This document shows, in pieces, positions 63,544-64,000 of a DNA stretch of 64,000 bases (positions are counted from its first letter, which is position 1; every line of letters begins with the position of its first letter). The stretch covers positions 256,001 through 320,000 of the forward strand of contig CAWJAX010000003.1 in assembly GCA_963841015.1 (NCBI GenBank). Reading direction: 5' to 3'. The notes beneath the pieces are model-generated. The model made no database searches. It had not been told where the DNA came from and saw nothing but the letters and a program-made list of their open reading frames with translations. A program made the position numbers and the translations under genes. This stretch comes from an uncultured Methanoregulaceae archaeon (lineage in GTDB: Archaea > Halobacteriota > Methanomicrobia > Methanomicrobiales > Methanospirillaceae).

Positions 63544-64000
63544 TTATCCCGGATTTGCCCCGGAAGCCTGAATTTCATCTCGGAAGGCTACTTCAATCAT
63601 GTCCAGATCATTGGGTGCAATGATTGAGCCGGAGAATTTTTTCTTTGCATCTTCGATATGTGCCTGTGCATCCGGATACCGTGAACTGGTATGTATAAGA
63701 ACAAGAGTCCGTGCATTGAGCACTGATGCCGCTTCTCCTGCCTGTGCTGCTGTCGCATGAAAAAACTCTGCCCCGCGTTCTGCTTCAGACTCATCATAGG
63801 TTGCGTCATGGATCAGGAGATCGGCATCATGGGCAATCTCTCTGATACTCATATGGATGGCGCGTGTATCACCAGTATACACGATTTTACGACCTGGCCG
63901 TGCAGGTCCCATCACGTGTCCGGGCCGAATCTCACGTGCATCACCACCCGTTCCCAAGGTTATTATCTCGCCTCTCTGAAGTCTGCCAAAGAGCGGGCCG
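63544..64000 (-). CDS. rnz: Ribonuclease Z, 3' part
   Basis: GRKIVYTGDT, DLLIHDATY, HATA, LIHTSSRY; exosite GPLFGRLQRG at the window edge. Confidence 0.92.
   Translation of the reverse strand, partial: GPLFGRLQRGEIITLGTGGDAREIRPGHVMGPARPGRKIVYTGDTRAIHMSIREIAHDADLLIHDATYDESEAERGAEFFHATAAQAGEAASVLNARTLVLIHTSSRYPDAQAHIEDAKKKFSGSIIAPNDLDMIEVAFRDEIQASGANPG

Overview
This is a 64-kb segment of a hydrogenotrophic methanogen chromosome, most likely Methanomicrobiales and Methanoregula-like. The assignment rests on fdhAB/fdhC, mfnD/mfnF, methanogenesis marker 8, TBP, TFS and archaeosortase A. Bases 1 to about 13.5 kb are an accessory patchwork (2H phosphoesterase, two PD-(D/E)XK-type nucleases, a TPR-AAA ATPase, surface lipoproteins) with scars of partial gene duplication. 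The rest is mostly core genes: mre11-rad50-nurA-herA, formate dehydrogenase, methanofuran synthesis, surE, rpiA, truD-pth2, PadR-ABC, DtxR-ECF Ni/Co transporter, ade, a RecJ-like gene and rnz. At least 15 single-base indels split otherwise intact genes, which points to long-read consensus error. I found no tRNA, rRNA, CRISPR array or transposase. The most notable signals are four. (1) A modular family of non-autonomous intergenic elements has two end types (GCTCTGTAGAA with an 8-bp target duplication, and TATAGTnnCATT), shared hairpin modules and a box D'/C' K-loop signature. (2) An orphan Cas6b with altered active-site residues lies directly downstream of the densest cluster of those repeats. 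(3) An AT-rich TPR-AAA gene is bracketed by a 115-bp duplication of the promoter and 5' end of a CoiA-like nuclease gene. (4) Two plausible zinc-ribbon genes overlap antisense by 183 nt. All family assignments are from motif recognition only; no searches were run.
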